From contig NW_021823619.1 in assembly GCF_006345805.1 (NCBI RefSeq), positions 1 to 21,827 on the forward strand: a stretch of DNA of 21,827 bases, given 5' to 3'. A program made the translations under genes and the position numbers. This DNA is from Octopus sinensis (Eukaryota). The notes beneath the pieces are model-generated. The model did not search any database, had not been told where the DNA came from, and saw nothing but the letters and a program-made list of their open reading frames with translations. Below are positions 1 to 9,525 of the stretch, piece by piece (the first letter of the stretch is position 1; each line of letters opens with the position of its first letter).

Positions 1-363
1 GACATTGAAGAGGAAGATGTAATAGCAGCCAACGACGAAATGAGCTCAAATTCGGCAACTGGCCCCGATGGTTTCCCAGCTGTCCACCTAAAGTCATGTA
101 AACAACAATTAGCGGGACCTCTCCAGATACTCTTCCAGAGTTTCCTTGCAAGTGGTAAACTTCCTAAAAAGCTGAAGGAAGGCATCATATGTCATATCCA
201 TAAAGCTGGAAGCAGTGCAGAGACTGGGAACTACAGGCCCATCACTCTGACTTCACATATTAGCAAAGTCATGGAGCAAATTGTCAGAAGGAAATGACAA
301 TGACTAGAAGAAAATTACTTGCTGAATGAGACCCAGCATGGCTTCCGTCCAGGTAGAAGCTGT
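1..363 (+). mobile_element. Decayed LINE reverse-transcriptase N-terminal fragment (CR1/L2-group)
   Basis: Frame +1 reads GPDGFPAVHLKSCKQQLAGPLQILFQSFLASGKLP...NYRPITLTSHISKVMEQIVRRK**LEENYLLNETQHGFRPGRSC (two in-frame stops at 295-303, separated by one Gln codon). GPDG, NYRPI-LTS and QHGFR-GRSC are hallmark non-LTR RT motifs. Homology ends abruptly at about 363. Confidence 0.9.
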
Positions 364-445
364 ATATGAAAATATGGAATGTCGTTCGCTGTAATATTTT
401 GTCTCCGAGAAACCTGAAAGATGCTTGTGTGTTAACGCCACGGAT

Positions 446-489
446 CGCCAGACAATTAGTTTCGGCCTATTTTCGTCCCCTCAGTTACG
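446..489 (-). ncRNA. Degenerate minimal type I hammerhead-ribozyme-like motif (Penelope-like terminal-repeat type)
   Basis: Minus strand reads CGTAA-CTGAGGG-GAC gaaaatag GCC-GAAAC-taatt-GTC-TGGCG. It has a CUGA core (A9 changed to G), a stem II with one mismatch, GAAA, a 2-bp stem III, a GUC cleavage triplet, and a stem I pairing at 4 of 5 positions. Confidence 0.45.
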
Positions 490-1692
490 AATATTTCATA
501 TATTTAATACTAAATTTTATATGATTTTGTTTTGTTATGGAACTGATCTGGGCAAAAGCTACCGCTGCCAGACTTAAATAAATTTACTCAGCATACCAGG
601 GGATCGTCCGACACATTACTTCAACCGGATTTATTCTCAACACCGTCTGAGATCGGGTCAACCCGAAGCTGCGCTAAAGATCCTTAATATGCAAGATGTC
701 ATGCAAGAGACTCGAAAATGAAAGACATAATTTCGAAGCGAATATATTAAGCACTAAGCCATCTCTTCGTCTAACATTGCTTATTAATTACTGGAATATT
801 CAGAGAATTTAACTCCAGTCGCCTTGTTCTTTTGTACGGAGATGTTATATTAAATATATATTATATTTCTATGATATTCATTGGTAATCTTTGTGTTATT
901 TGTATGTTGTTTGACGTCTACGTTATTAATTCCTAACTATTTATAAGTCTACATTTGGTCTAATTCTCTTATCTCGATTGCTGTATAACATTAATCACTT
1001 CGCTGTCATATCACTGTCTGTTATTAATGTTCCTCTCCTGAAAGATGCTATAAAGCATTTTTCAAACAGAATTTCATGTCAATTCCTGTAGTAAATCTAT
1101 CTACTGCTTATAACGGCATTTCCAGCTGTTTGTCAGCTGCTGCTTGCACCAGCATTTGGTAGAGCCTACAATATATTTTTCAAACGGAACCCTCTGAGAT
1201 CCGAACGCATCCCTTTTTAGTGACGGATGATATGGTACTTTGCTTTTACGACCTCCTTTGATATTGCAGTTTTGGTGGTCTTATTCCTTCCAGATACTTG
1301 TATTGGACATGAAAATTTAATGAAGAAAAACCATTGTAGCTTCCTGTGTACAAACAATATATACATATATATATTAATCTCAACGATTAGAAAATAATGT
1401 AGGCTTGCGCAATATAATCATATTGAAAGAGATGCAAACATTTTTATTAGCAAGATTAAATGAAATAATGCGTGTAAGTGCCATAGTAATCACAGAGGAA
1501 AGTGGGATGATTCTGAAAATATCTTGTTTAGTGTTATATCTAAACCTAACATTATAGAAATCAAACATAGAGTGACAAGAAAGGCAAATATATGAATACA
1601 AACAAAAATAGAAGTATTGTTTTCAATGAGAACAAAATAGAGAACAAAAAAAGTCAGAGATGGTTTCTATAGAAATACAACACATCTTTTAT

Positions 1693-2050
1693 CTCTTACT
1701 TGTTTCAATCATTGGGTTGTGGCCGAGCTGGAGCACCGACTTGACGGGTTTGGGGTGAAAAAAGAAATGATCCCAGGAATTTATTTTAAAAGTCTCTCTA
1801 TGTGTGTGCGCACGTGTGTGTCTTTTGTCAAACCGATAGGTTATGAGGAAATAAATATACCAACACCGGTTGTTAAGAGTGAGGTAGACAAACGCACACA
1901 CATACATACGATAGGTTGTTACACGGTAACCATACACCAAATCCATTCACATGTCATTAGTCGGACCGGGGATGCATTAGAAGGCATTGGTTCAAGGTGG
2001 CACGTAGAGGGACATGTCACGGGGTTGCAAAGCGAGCCTTTTAATCATAT
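1693..2050 (-). mobile_element. Old diverged copy of tRNA-derived SINE family A (octopus OR-like, CORE-like centre)
   Basis: Colinear with the copy at 9851-10230: tail end (tcttacttgtttcaatcatt...gctggagcacc), central accaacaccggttgttaag plus CA microsatellite, and head (taccaaatccattcaca...caaggtggcacg). Confidence 0.7.
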
Positions 2051-2138
2051 CACAATGCCTGCGCCTAGATATGTGAAAAAGGAGAAAATTTAAAGAGTTC
2101 AGAGAAACGAGATTTTATGTTATGAAAAACCTGCTTGT

Positions 2139-2183
2139 ATGTCTGTCTGCCTCTGTCTCTATCTCTGTCTGTCTGTCTGTCTG

Positions 2184-2237
<54 letters not shown>

Positions 2238-2242
2238 CATAT
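2139..2242. repeat. Compound microsatellite (TCTG)n(TC)n(TA)n
   Basis: Seen directly in the sequence. Confidence 0.95.
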
Positions 2243-2247
2243 ATTTA

Positions 2248-2385
2248 ATCTTTTACTTGTTTCAGCCGTTAGACCGTGGCCACGCTGGGGCACCGCACTG
2301 AAGAATTTTCAGCCGAATGTATCGACCCCACTAATTACTTTTAATAAGCCTGGTACTTATTCTATCGGTCTCTTTTGCCGGAACT
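2248..2385 (-). mobile_element. 3' half of SINE family A (5'-truncated)
   Basis: tcttttacttgtttcagcc...gctggggcacc...ggtacttattctatcggtctcttttgccg is the reverse complement of the 3' part of the 6337 and 7584 copies. Confidence 0.8.
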
Positions 2386-2668
2386 TGAACCCTTGAACCC
2401 CACCGCAAACCTACATAGACGAAACCTCTATAGGAGAATGGCTAAAGCAAAATTTCATTTGTACTCAAATATGGGTACAAAATGTTAAATCTCCCAAAAC
2501 ATGTTTTTCTCCCTGACTCACCCCCACCAAAAAAAAACAGAAAAAAAACCCCGAAATTCTTTCTAATTTTTGATAAGGTGAATAAATCGAAACCGGTTAT
2601 GTTTTATTAAATATTCTCTAAAATATACTTCTCTGCCTTTCCCAACTTTATTAATTTTTTTAACTATA

Positions 2669-2740
2669 CATCCATCCATCCATATATATATATATATATA
2701 TATATAAATATATACACACACACACACAAATATATATATG
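2669..2740. repeat. Compound microsatellite (CATC)n(TA)n(CA)n
   Basis: Seen directly in the sequence. Confidence 0.9.
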
Positions 2741-4262
2741 AATTTGTTTTAAGGTTGTTTACTCTCAGCTACTGCTTTTTGATCTAGTCACGAGTTTATT
2801 TTATCCTGGCGGCCAATAAGCGCTATTAGTCAATAATATTGACTATTGTCTTATAAAAGAGCTTCACCTTCTAGTTAGGTAAGCGTTGCTTCTCTTTGGT
2901 ATCCGATGTTAAAGATAACTAAAGAATTTGAAATGTATCCATCAGTCCAAAACAGAGTGCTCTGAGATGTCTATACAGTTTTGACATCTATTTTATCTCA
3001 AGCGAGAATTTTTTTATCTCTATGACAAACTGTAGTTAAAAGCCTTTTACATGTAATAAATAAAGCCTTTCAGAATATTTTAACTGGTCTCATATCCGTA
3101 CACACACAGACACACACATTCAGCAGAAATTATGACAAACACAAGTTTATATGATTTGTTCCTTACGCACGTTTCAACATGGTAGTCGCTTGGAAGCTCT
3201 GCGTTGGATGTTCCAAGCGTAATGAGATGTTTAACCACAACGGGTCATCAGTGGAACACTATATTGTGTAATGTTACAGAGCTAACTGGCAATATATATC
3301 ATCAACCGACTCGCACATTAAAACTAGAATCTGTAAATGGAACATAAAATGTATGCAATACTTCTCTTAATTCTATAATCTGACATTGCTATTGTTTTCT
3401 ACATTCCCAGGATGAAGCTTTGTATCTTTGTTAGAAACGTGCTCCTTCCTCAGTGGGAGAATTTAAATAATTAAAAACACAAGAGAACATACATACGTAA
3501 TAAGTGCTTCCTTGTTCTCGAGTATTAGATGACGATGCTGGTATGTCAAGCTTTGCCTCTGATTGACGCCTTTGAAAGTGAGAAGAGGCTTTGCATACAA
3601 TCATTCCCACCCTGTGGATGAGAAAACCCCCAACGATGAGAGAAGCCATAAAAAGAATTAGTCAACACCATTGATTGCTATCGAGTCATAGGTTTTACAT
3701 CAGTTTTTCTTTTCCTAGAGTGATGTACTAAGAAGGACAGAGGGTCTCACACTCTCCGTAATGTAGTACATACACCATGCCTTCTTTCTCACTCTCGTGG
3801 TTTACTCACGACAGCACATCTTGCGCCTACCCATTTTTTAAAACATATCAATCCTCTGCGCAACAACTGTATTTTCTGCACCAAAGTAATCTGTTTGTCG
3901 ATGATTGCTGCACGAGCTACCGTTGTCCACGAGGTATAGCAGTGCCAAGATAATGTACATAGAGGTTGATGGCCATTGAATTCATTGCGCTCATGTGTCC
4001 TTTGACAGGTTTTGGTTTTCATCCTACAGGGTAATCAATCGCCCTCCATATGAAGCTAGCTTAATGGGTCTCCGACGACCCGACCAAGCAGCATATTGCA
4101 TATTTGAACTGGATCTATTTACTACTGGCACTCACAGCGATCTGACATACATACTGCATATATTATATATATATATATATATATTTTTTTTTTTCAAACA
4201 AACTGCCCGACATGAAACTCTGGGTAACAGTTTTTGTGATATTTTTGCTGCTTTTTAATAAA

Positions 4263-4480
<218 letters not shown>

Positions 4481-4747
4481 AGTGAGGAATCTGGGGAAAA
4501 GTGTTTCCTCGACAGGGAATAGCAAGGTCATATAATGAATGTAGATGCACACGTTGTTGCAACGTTGCTTTTGTTCACAGGGGCGGAGTAGAAAGAAGAA
4601 AGTTATATAAATGATATATATACTACAAAATATCACAATTATATAACGTTGTATTAACAATAACTAAAAAATAGATACAGATTATTTTATTATGCAATAA
4701 CAAAATGTGTCATGCTATACGTAAGCTTGGATATATGTATCCACTTG

Positions 4748-4870
4748 CGTGTATGTGTGTGTGTGTGTGTGTCTGTATGTATGTGTGTGTAAAAAATGCA
4801 AGACGTTTCATAGGCCTGTAACAAAAAGATATGTTGTACGTATTTGCGGATATAAATCCGTGTGGAAGCA

Positions 4871-4909
<39 letters not shown>

Positions 4910-4943
4910 ACACCCCACACACATTCTTATTATGCATACATAC

Positions 4944-4999
<56 letters not shown>

Positions 5000-5103
5000 A
5001 CATATAACATATATATATATAGTATATATATATGTATAGGGCTGTGAGAGAGAGAGCGCGCGAACAAGAATTTGTATGTTTGTGCGTTGTGTATGGATGT
5101 TAT

Positions 5104-5135
<32 letters not shown>

Positions 5136-5216
5136 ACATATATATACATATATATATATATATATACATATATATATACATATATACATATATATATACA
5201 ATATATACAAACACAC

Positions 5217-5303
<87 letters not shown>

Positions 5304-5340
5304 CATACACATATTGTATTTATGCATGTATGTATGTATA
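4748..5340. repeat. Compound microsatellite cluster (TG)n/(CA)n/(TA)n
   Basis: Seen directly in the sequence, with short unique spacers. Confidence 0.95.
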
Positions 5341-5694
5341 CTGTGTTTCGTGTTATAAAACCGAGTCTCATTCAGTGTTATGTGTTATGTAGTTATGTAA
5401 ACGGATATATTCGATTATATAACTAGATATTGCCACACTATAAATCGTGATACCACGAAATGTCTGTATCATGTCGTCGTTTGTTCGTGACGAACACTGC
5501 AAAAGATACGAAATCATGAGAAAGCGTTTGAGTGACAACAACATGGCGTCTCAGGAAATCGCAGCGCTTCTCGTGACATTACAAACTGCGGTGCAATAGT
5601 GTTTGAGCGTGATGAATATTTCTCAAAAACTCGATCAATGTTTGATATTGCTTGCTGTAACTGCTACAGCCGCTATTATTGTTGTTGTTGTTTC

Positions 5695-5720
5695 TGATGA
5701 TGATGATGGTGACAATGATG

Positions 5721-5752
<32 letters not shown>

Positions 5753-5767
5753 GATGATGATGATGAT

Positions 5768-5859
<92 letters not shown>

Positions 5860-6050
5860 CGACGACGACGATGATGATGATGATGATGATGACGACGACG
5901 ACGACGACGACGACGATGATGACGATGATGATGATGATGATGACGACGACGACGACGACGACGATGACGATGACGATGATGATGATTGATGATGATGATG
6001 ATGACGACGACGACGACGACGACGACGATGATGACGACGATGGCATTGGT
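5695..6050. repeat. Trinucleotide mosaic array (GAT)n/(GAC)n
   Basis: About 350 bp of alternating GAT and GAC blocks, with a 1-nt register slip near 5987. Confidence 0.95.
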
Positions 6051-6148
6051 GGTGATAAATAATCACTTAATGCTAACAATATGCATAACAATACTAATGA
6101 TTATGCTGCTAATTATAATAACAACAATATCATAAAGAATAATATAAT

Positions 6149-6336
6149 GGCTTCAAATTTTAACACAAAGCCAGCAATTTAGAGGAGGGCATAGGTCGAT
6201 GACATCGACCCCAGTGCTTAATTAACGATCCTGAAAGGATGAAAGACTAAGTGGACCTTAGCCAAATTTGAACTCAGAATGTAAGGATCGACGAAATGCC
6301 ACTAAGCATCAATGGTTCTGCCAGCTCACCGCCTTA
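6149..6336 (-). mobile_element. tRNA-derived SINE family B (Meta-domain-like centre), copy with internal deletions
   Basis: Minus strand starts taaggcggtgagctggcagaa, then ttctgagttcaaatt, ctttcatcctttcagg, ggggtcgatgtcatcgacc, and ends gtgttaaaatttgaagcc plus an ATT-like tail. Colinear with 6755-6978 and 9108-9341. Confidence 0.85.
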
Positions 6337-6498
6337 GTGGCTGTGTGGTAAGTAGCTTGCTAACCAACCACATGGTTCCGGGTTCAGTCTCACTGCGTGG
6401 CATCTTGGGCAAGTGTCTTCTGCTATAGCCCCAGGCCAACCATTGCCTTGTGAGTGGATTTGGTAGACGGAAACTGAAAGAAGCCTGTCGTATATATG

Positions 6499-6529
<31 letters not shown>

Positions 6530-6754
6530 ATATGTTTGTGTGTCTGTGTTTGTCCTCCTAGCATTGCTTGACAACCGATGCTGGTGTGTTTACGTCCCCG
6601 TCACTTAGCGGTTCGGCAAAAGAGACCGATAGAATAAGTACTGGGCTTACAAAGAATAAGTCCCGGGGTCGATTTCCTCGACTAAAGGCGGTGCTCCAGC
6701 ATGGCCGCAGTCAAATGACTGAAACAAGTAAAAAGAGTAAAAAAAAAAAAGAGT
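6337..6754 (+). mobile_element. SINE family A, near full length
   Basis: A-box-like TGGCTGTGTGG, B-box-like GGTTCAGTCTC, CORE-like catcttgggcaagtgtctt, internal TA/TG microsatellite, and 3' end aatgactgaaacaagtaaaaagag. Confidence 0.92.
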
Positions 6755-6978
6755 ATAATAATGATTTCAAATTTTGGCACAAGGCCAGCAACATATCGGT
6801 GGGGGGGATAGGTCGATTAGATCGACCTCAGTACTCAATTGGTACTTTATTTTATCGACTCCGGAATAATAAAAGGTGAAGTCGACATCGGTGGAATTTG
6901 AACTCAGAGCGCCAAAACGGACGAAATACTGCTAAACAGTTTGTCTAACACGCTAACGATTCTGCCAGCTCGCCGCCT
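6755..6978 (-). mobile_element. SINE family B, full length
   Basis: Minus strand: aggcggcgagctggcagaatcgttagc...ctgagttcaaattccaccgatgtcgac...gtcgataaaataaagtacc...ggccttgtgccaaaatttgaaa plus (ATT)n. Confidence 0.88.
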
Positions 6979-7093
6979 CTAACTATCACACTATAGAAAC
7001 CTTTCTCATGGCACCAGGAGACAATTTACACATGCTTACATTTTTTTTCATATTTCTATATTTTCCGTGAATTATATTTTTCATATTTTCCGT

Positions 7094-7266
7094 GAATTAT
7101 TGTTTTAATAACAAGTTTTCAAAAACGGATAATCGCATGAGAGTCGCAGCGTATCCCACGGCATAGGAGGGAAAGAAATAATAATAATGATTATTATTAA
7201 TAAAAAAAATTTCAGTGTCTTGTGCGATTATCCATATTTTAAAACTTGTTATTAAATCAATAAATC
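7094..7266. repeat. Long inverted repeat (MITE-like/foldback)
   Basis: 7104-7137 and the reverse complement of 7223-7256 match at 31 of 34 positions. The match extends outward at 8 of 10 more positions. Spacer is 85 bp. Confidence 0.8.
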
Positions 7267-7423
7267 TCCAAAATGATTCAGGGTGTTTAAACTGAAATAC
7301 ATATACGAATGTATTAGAGAGTTTTTGCTTAAAAGGTGAAAATATTTCTGAAATATTCACCTAATATGCAAGGACACAGTACATAGGATACGGCAATTAA
7401 TTGTTGTAGGAAAATTAAAAAGT

Positions 7424-7547
7424 AAAGGGGAAAAATTAGAATTGATATTTTTGATTTTGTTCAGTTCTATGAATTTAATTTCTTTAACATTCTTCCGTCA
7501 ATCTCTTGATAGAAGAAAAAAGAAATTGGGGAAATCCTGACCAAAAC
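7424..7547 (+). repeat. Dispersed ~125-bp repeat, copy 1 (unclassified)
   Basis: Aligns by eye at roughly 80% identity to 8193-8317 (aaagggg...gattttgttcag...tgaatttaatt...cttgata...gaaattgg...tgaccaaaac). Confidence 0.8.
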
Positions 7548-7583
7548 AGAGAAATTCTAAATTAACAAAAATTATAGAAAAAG

Positions 7584-7973
7584 GTGGCTGTGTGGTAAGT
7601 AGCTTGCTAACCAACCACATGGTTCCAGGTTCAGTCCCACTGCGTGGCATCTTGGGCAAGTGTCTTCTGCTATAGCCCCGGGCCGACCAAAGCCTTGTGA
7701 GTGGATTTGGTAGATGGAAACTGAAAGAAGCCTGTCGTATATATGTATATAAGTGTGTGTGTATGTGTTTGTCCCCCTAGCATTGCTTGACAACCGATGC
7801 TGGTGTGGTTACGTCCAAGTCACTTAGCGGTTCGGCAAAAGAGACCGATAGAATAAGTACTGAGCTTACAATGAATAAGTCCCGGGGTCGATTTGCTCGA
7901 CTAAAGGCGGTGCTCCAGCATGGCCGCAGTCAAATGACTGAAACAAGTAAAAGAGTTAAAAGAGTTAAAGAGT
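7584..7973 (+). mobile_element. SINE family A, near full length
   Basis: Highly similar to 6337-6754; tail is imperfect tandem copies of an AAAGAGT(T) unit. Confidence 0.92.
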
Positions 7974-8192
7974 TTTATTTCCACCACGCGACACTTATTA
8001 TCGCGCACACAAACATACATTCATGAGTGTGTGTGTGTGTGTATGTGTGCGCGTGTGTGTGTGTGTCTTTTAGTTTTTGTTTATTTATACATACTAACAA
8101 ATGAGCCAATTGGACAACACTGTGTGGTTGTTCAATTTGCTAGAAATAACAACAAAATCTCTCTCATACTATGCCCTTGTTATTATGGAGGA

Positions 8193-8317
8193 AAAGGGGA
8201 GAAATAGACTTAATATTTTTGATTTTGTTCAGCTATATGAATTTAATTCTTCTTTTAAATGCTTTCGTCCATTACTTGATACAAGAAAAGAGAAATTGGA
8301 AAAATCTTGACCAAAAC
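8193..8317 (+). repeat. Dispersed ~125-bp repeat, copy 2
   Basis: Matches 7424-7547 (see that feature). Confidence 0.8.
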
Positions 8318-9086
8318 GGTCAGTACCCACTCCACATCAAGGAAGCTGTTGTACACCATTCAAAAACGCATCAGCAACTGCGGCGTTCAAGATTGATGAC
8401 AGAAACAAAGGGATTAATTCTTGCTGTCTAGGACAAGTCTATACACAAACAATTATGAAGCTAACATCTTCAAAAACGGAGCCAGCTCAACGTGCAAGTC
8501 TGTGATGTCCACGATTTAACAATTGACTCTAAAGTGAGTATTTGGAAGCTCAACCATGGCTCCAATCGAATACAAAGCTAGATATGATAGATTTTGGTTA
8601 AATCACTCACTGGACTTTGTGCAACAACTTCGGTACTGAATAAACGAAACGCTGCTATGAACACAAACCTAAAGCAGTAGATGAAAGTGATGGATTTAGC
8701 ATCCTTTGGGACTTTATAGTATATACAGATGTTATGGTTAAGCAGACTGAAAAAACAAGACCTACGCAATAACAATTACGTCAATACCATCTGATAAAAA
8801 TGTGCGACAAAGATAAGCTTGTGAAGTATAACGGTTTTGAAATTGAAATAAGCAGAATGTGGCACCTTGCAATTGGAACACTTACTGTTCTATAAAAAAC
8901 AACAAGACTCAACAAAAAGACTCAAAACGAATACGAAATGCAAAAAAAGTAGTACTTAACATTGCAGCTCACACTCTACGTCCTCATAATCAATATACTG
9001 AAAACCTTTGAATTTTGCTAAAACCTGACAAGGTCGGAACGGTAAAGTTTCAATGTCTGCCCTAGGTGACTGGCTGCCGCTTGGCA
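8318..9086 (+). mobile_element. Decayed R4/Dong-type non-LTR retrotransposon: C-terminal zinc-knuckle/restriction-like endonuclease region plus probable 3' UTR
   Basis: With frameshifts and stops it reads GQYPLHIKEA...LRRSRLMTETKGLILAV*DKS...NYEANIFKNGASSTC..C...APIEYKARYDR...HWTLC...YEHKPKAV...ILWDF...IPSDKN...KY..FEIEISRMWHL...VVLNIAAHTLR. This matches the R4-clade pattern WL....L..ETEG...A.QDQ / EY..RHD / ILWD / IP.D.N / KY..L..EI..MW. Confidence 0.85.
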
Positions 9087-9103
9087 GGTATCCTCTCTAT
9101 ACG

Positions 9104-9525
9104 CCTTTAAGGTGGCGAGCTGGCAGAATCGTTAGCACGCCGGGCGAAATGCGTAGCCGTATTTCGTCTGCCGTTACGTTCTGAGATCAAATTCAGCCGA
9201 GGTCGACTTTGCCTGTCATCCTTTCGGAGTCGATAAACTAAGTACCAGCTACGCACTAGGGTTGATGTAATCGACTTAATCCGTTTGTATGTCCTTGTTT
9301 GTCCTATCTATGTGTATCCCCCTGTGGGCAATAAAGAAATAGGTATTTTGTCTGGTTTTACGTTCTGAGTTCAAATTCTGCCGAAGTCGACTTTGCCTTT
9401 CATCCTTTCAGGGTCGATAAATTAAGTACCAGTTACGCACTAGGGTCGATGTAATCGAGTTAATCCGTTTGTCTGTCCTTGTTTGTCCCCTCCGTGTTTA
9501 GCCCCTTGTGGGTAGTAAAGAAATG
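9104..9525 (+). mobile_element. SINE family B dimer (full monomer plus 5'-truncated monomer) with 17-bp TSD
   Basis: GTATT recurs at 9159, 9343 and 9527 (period 184). Flanks are GGTATCCTCTCTATACG (9087-9103) and GGTATTCTCTCTATACG (9526-9542). Confidence 0.9.

Noticed and set aside
576-722. Protein-like frame INLLSIPGDRPTHYFNRIYSQHRLRSGQPEAALKILNMQDVMQETRK, faintly like a Gypsy gag GDR motif
   Set aside because: Short, bounded by stops, has no suitable start, and the similarity is too weak to call.
1719-2093. 124-aa ORF
   Set aside because: It lies almost entirely within an antisense degenerate family A SINE and has no protein motif.
3187-3219. 9-bp inverted repeat CGCTTGGAA...TTCCAAGCG
   Set aside because: An isolated short hairpin like this is expected by chance in 22 kb. 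It has no terminator-like or miRNA-like context.
3215-3255. CTGATGA on the minus strand as a hammerhead core
   Set aside because: Followed by TTAAAC instead of GAAAC and lacks the G10.1-C11.1 pair.
3431-4258. Several 70-87-aa ORFs with faint LINE- or retropepsin-like words (LFVDD, IKLASYGG)
   Set aside because: The motifs are not colinear or correctly spaced. The acceptor-like site at 4029 has no matching donor. This may be an unrecognisable old TE.
5603-6066. Poly-Asp, poly-Ser, poly-Met and poly-Ile ORFs
   Set aside because: These are translations of a trinucleotide microsatellite, which has no stops in several frames by construction.
8171-8431. 86-aa ORF as a gene
   Set aside because: It is a chance read-through from the dispersed repeat into the decayed R4 fragment.
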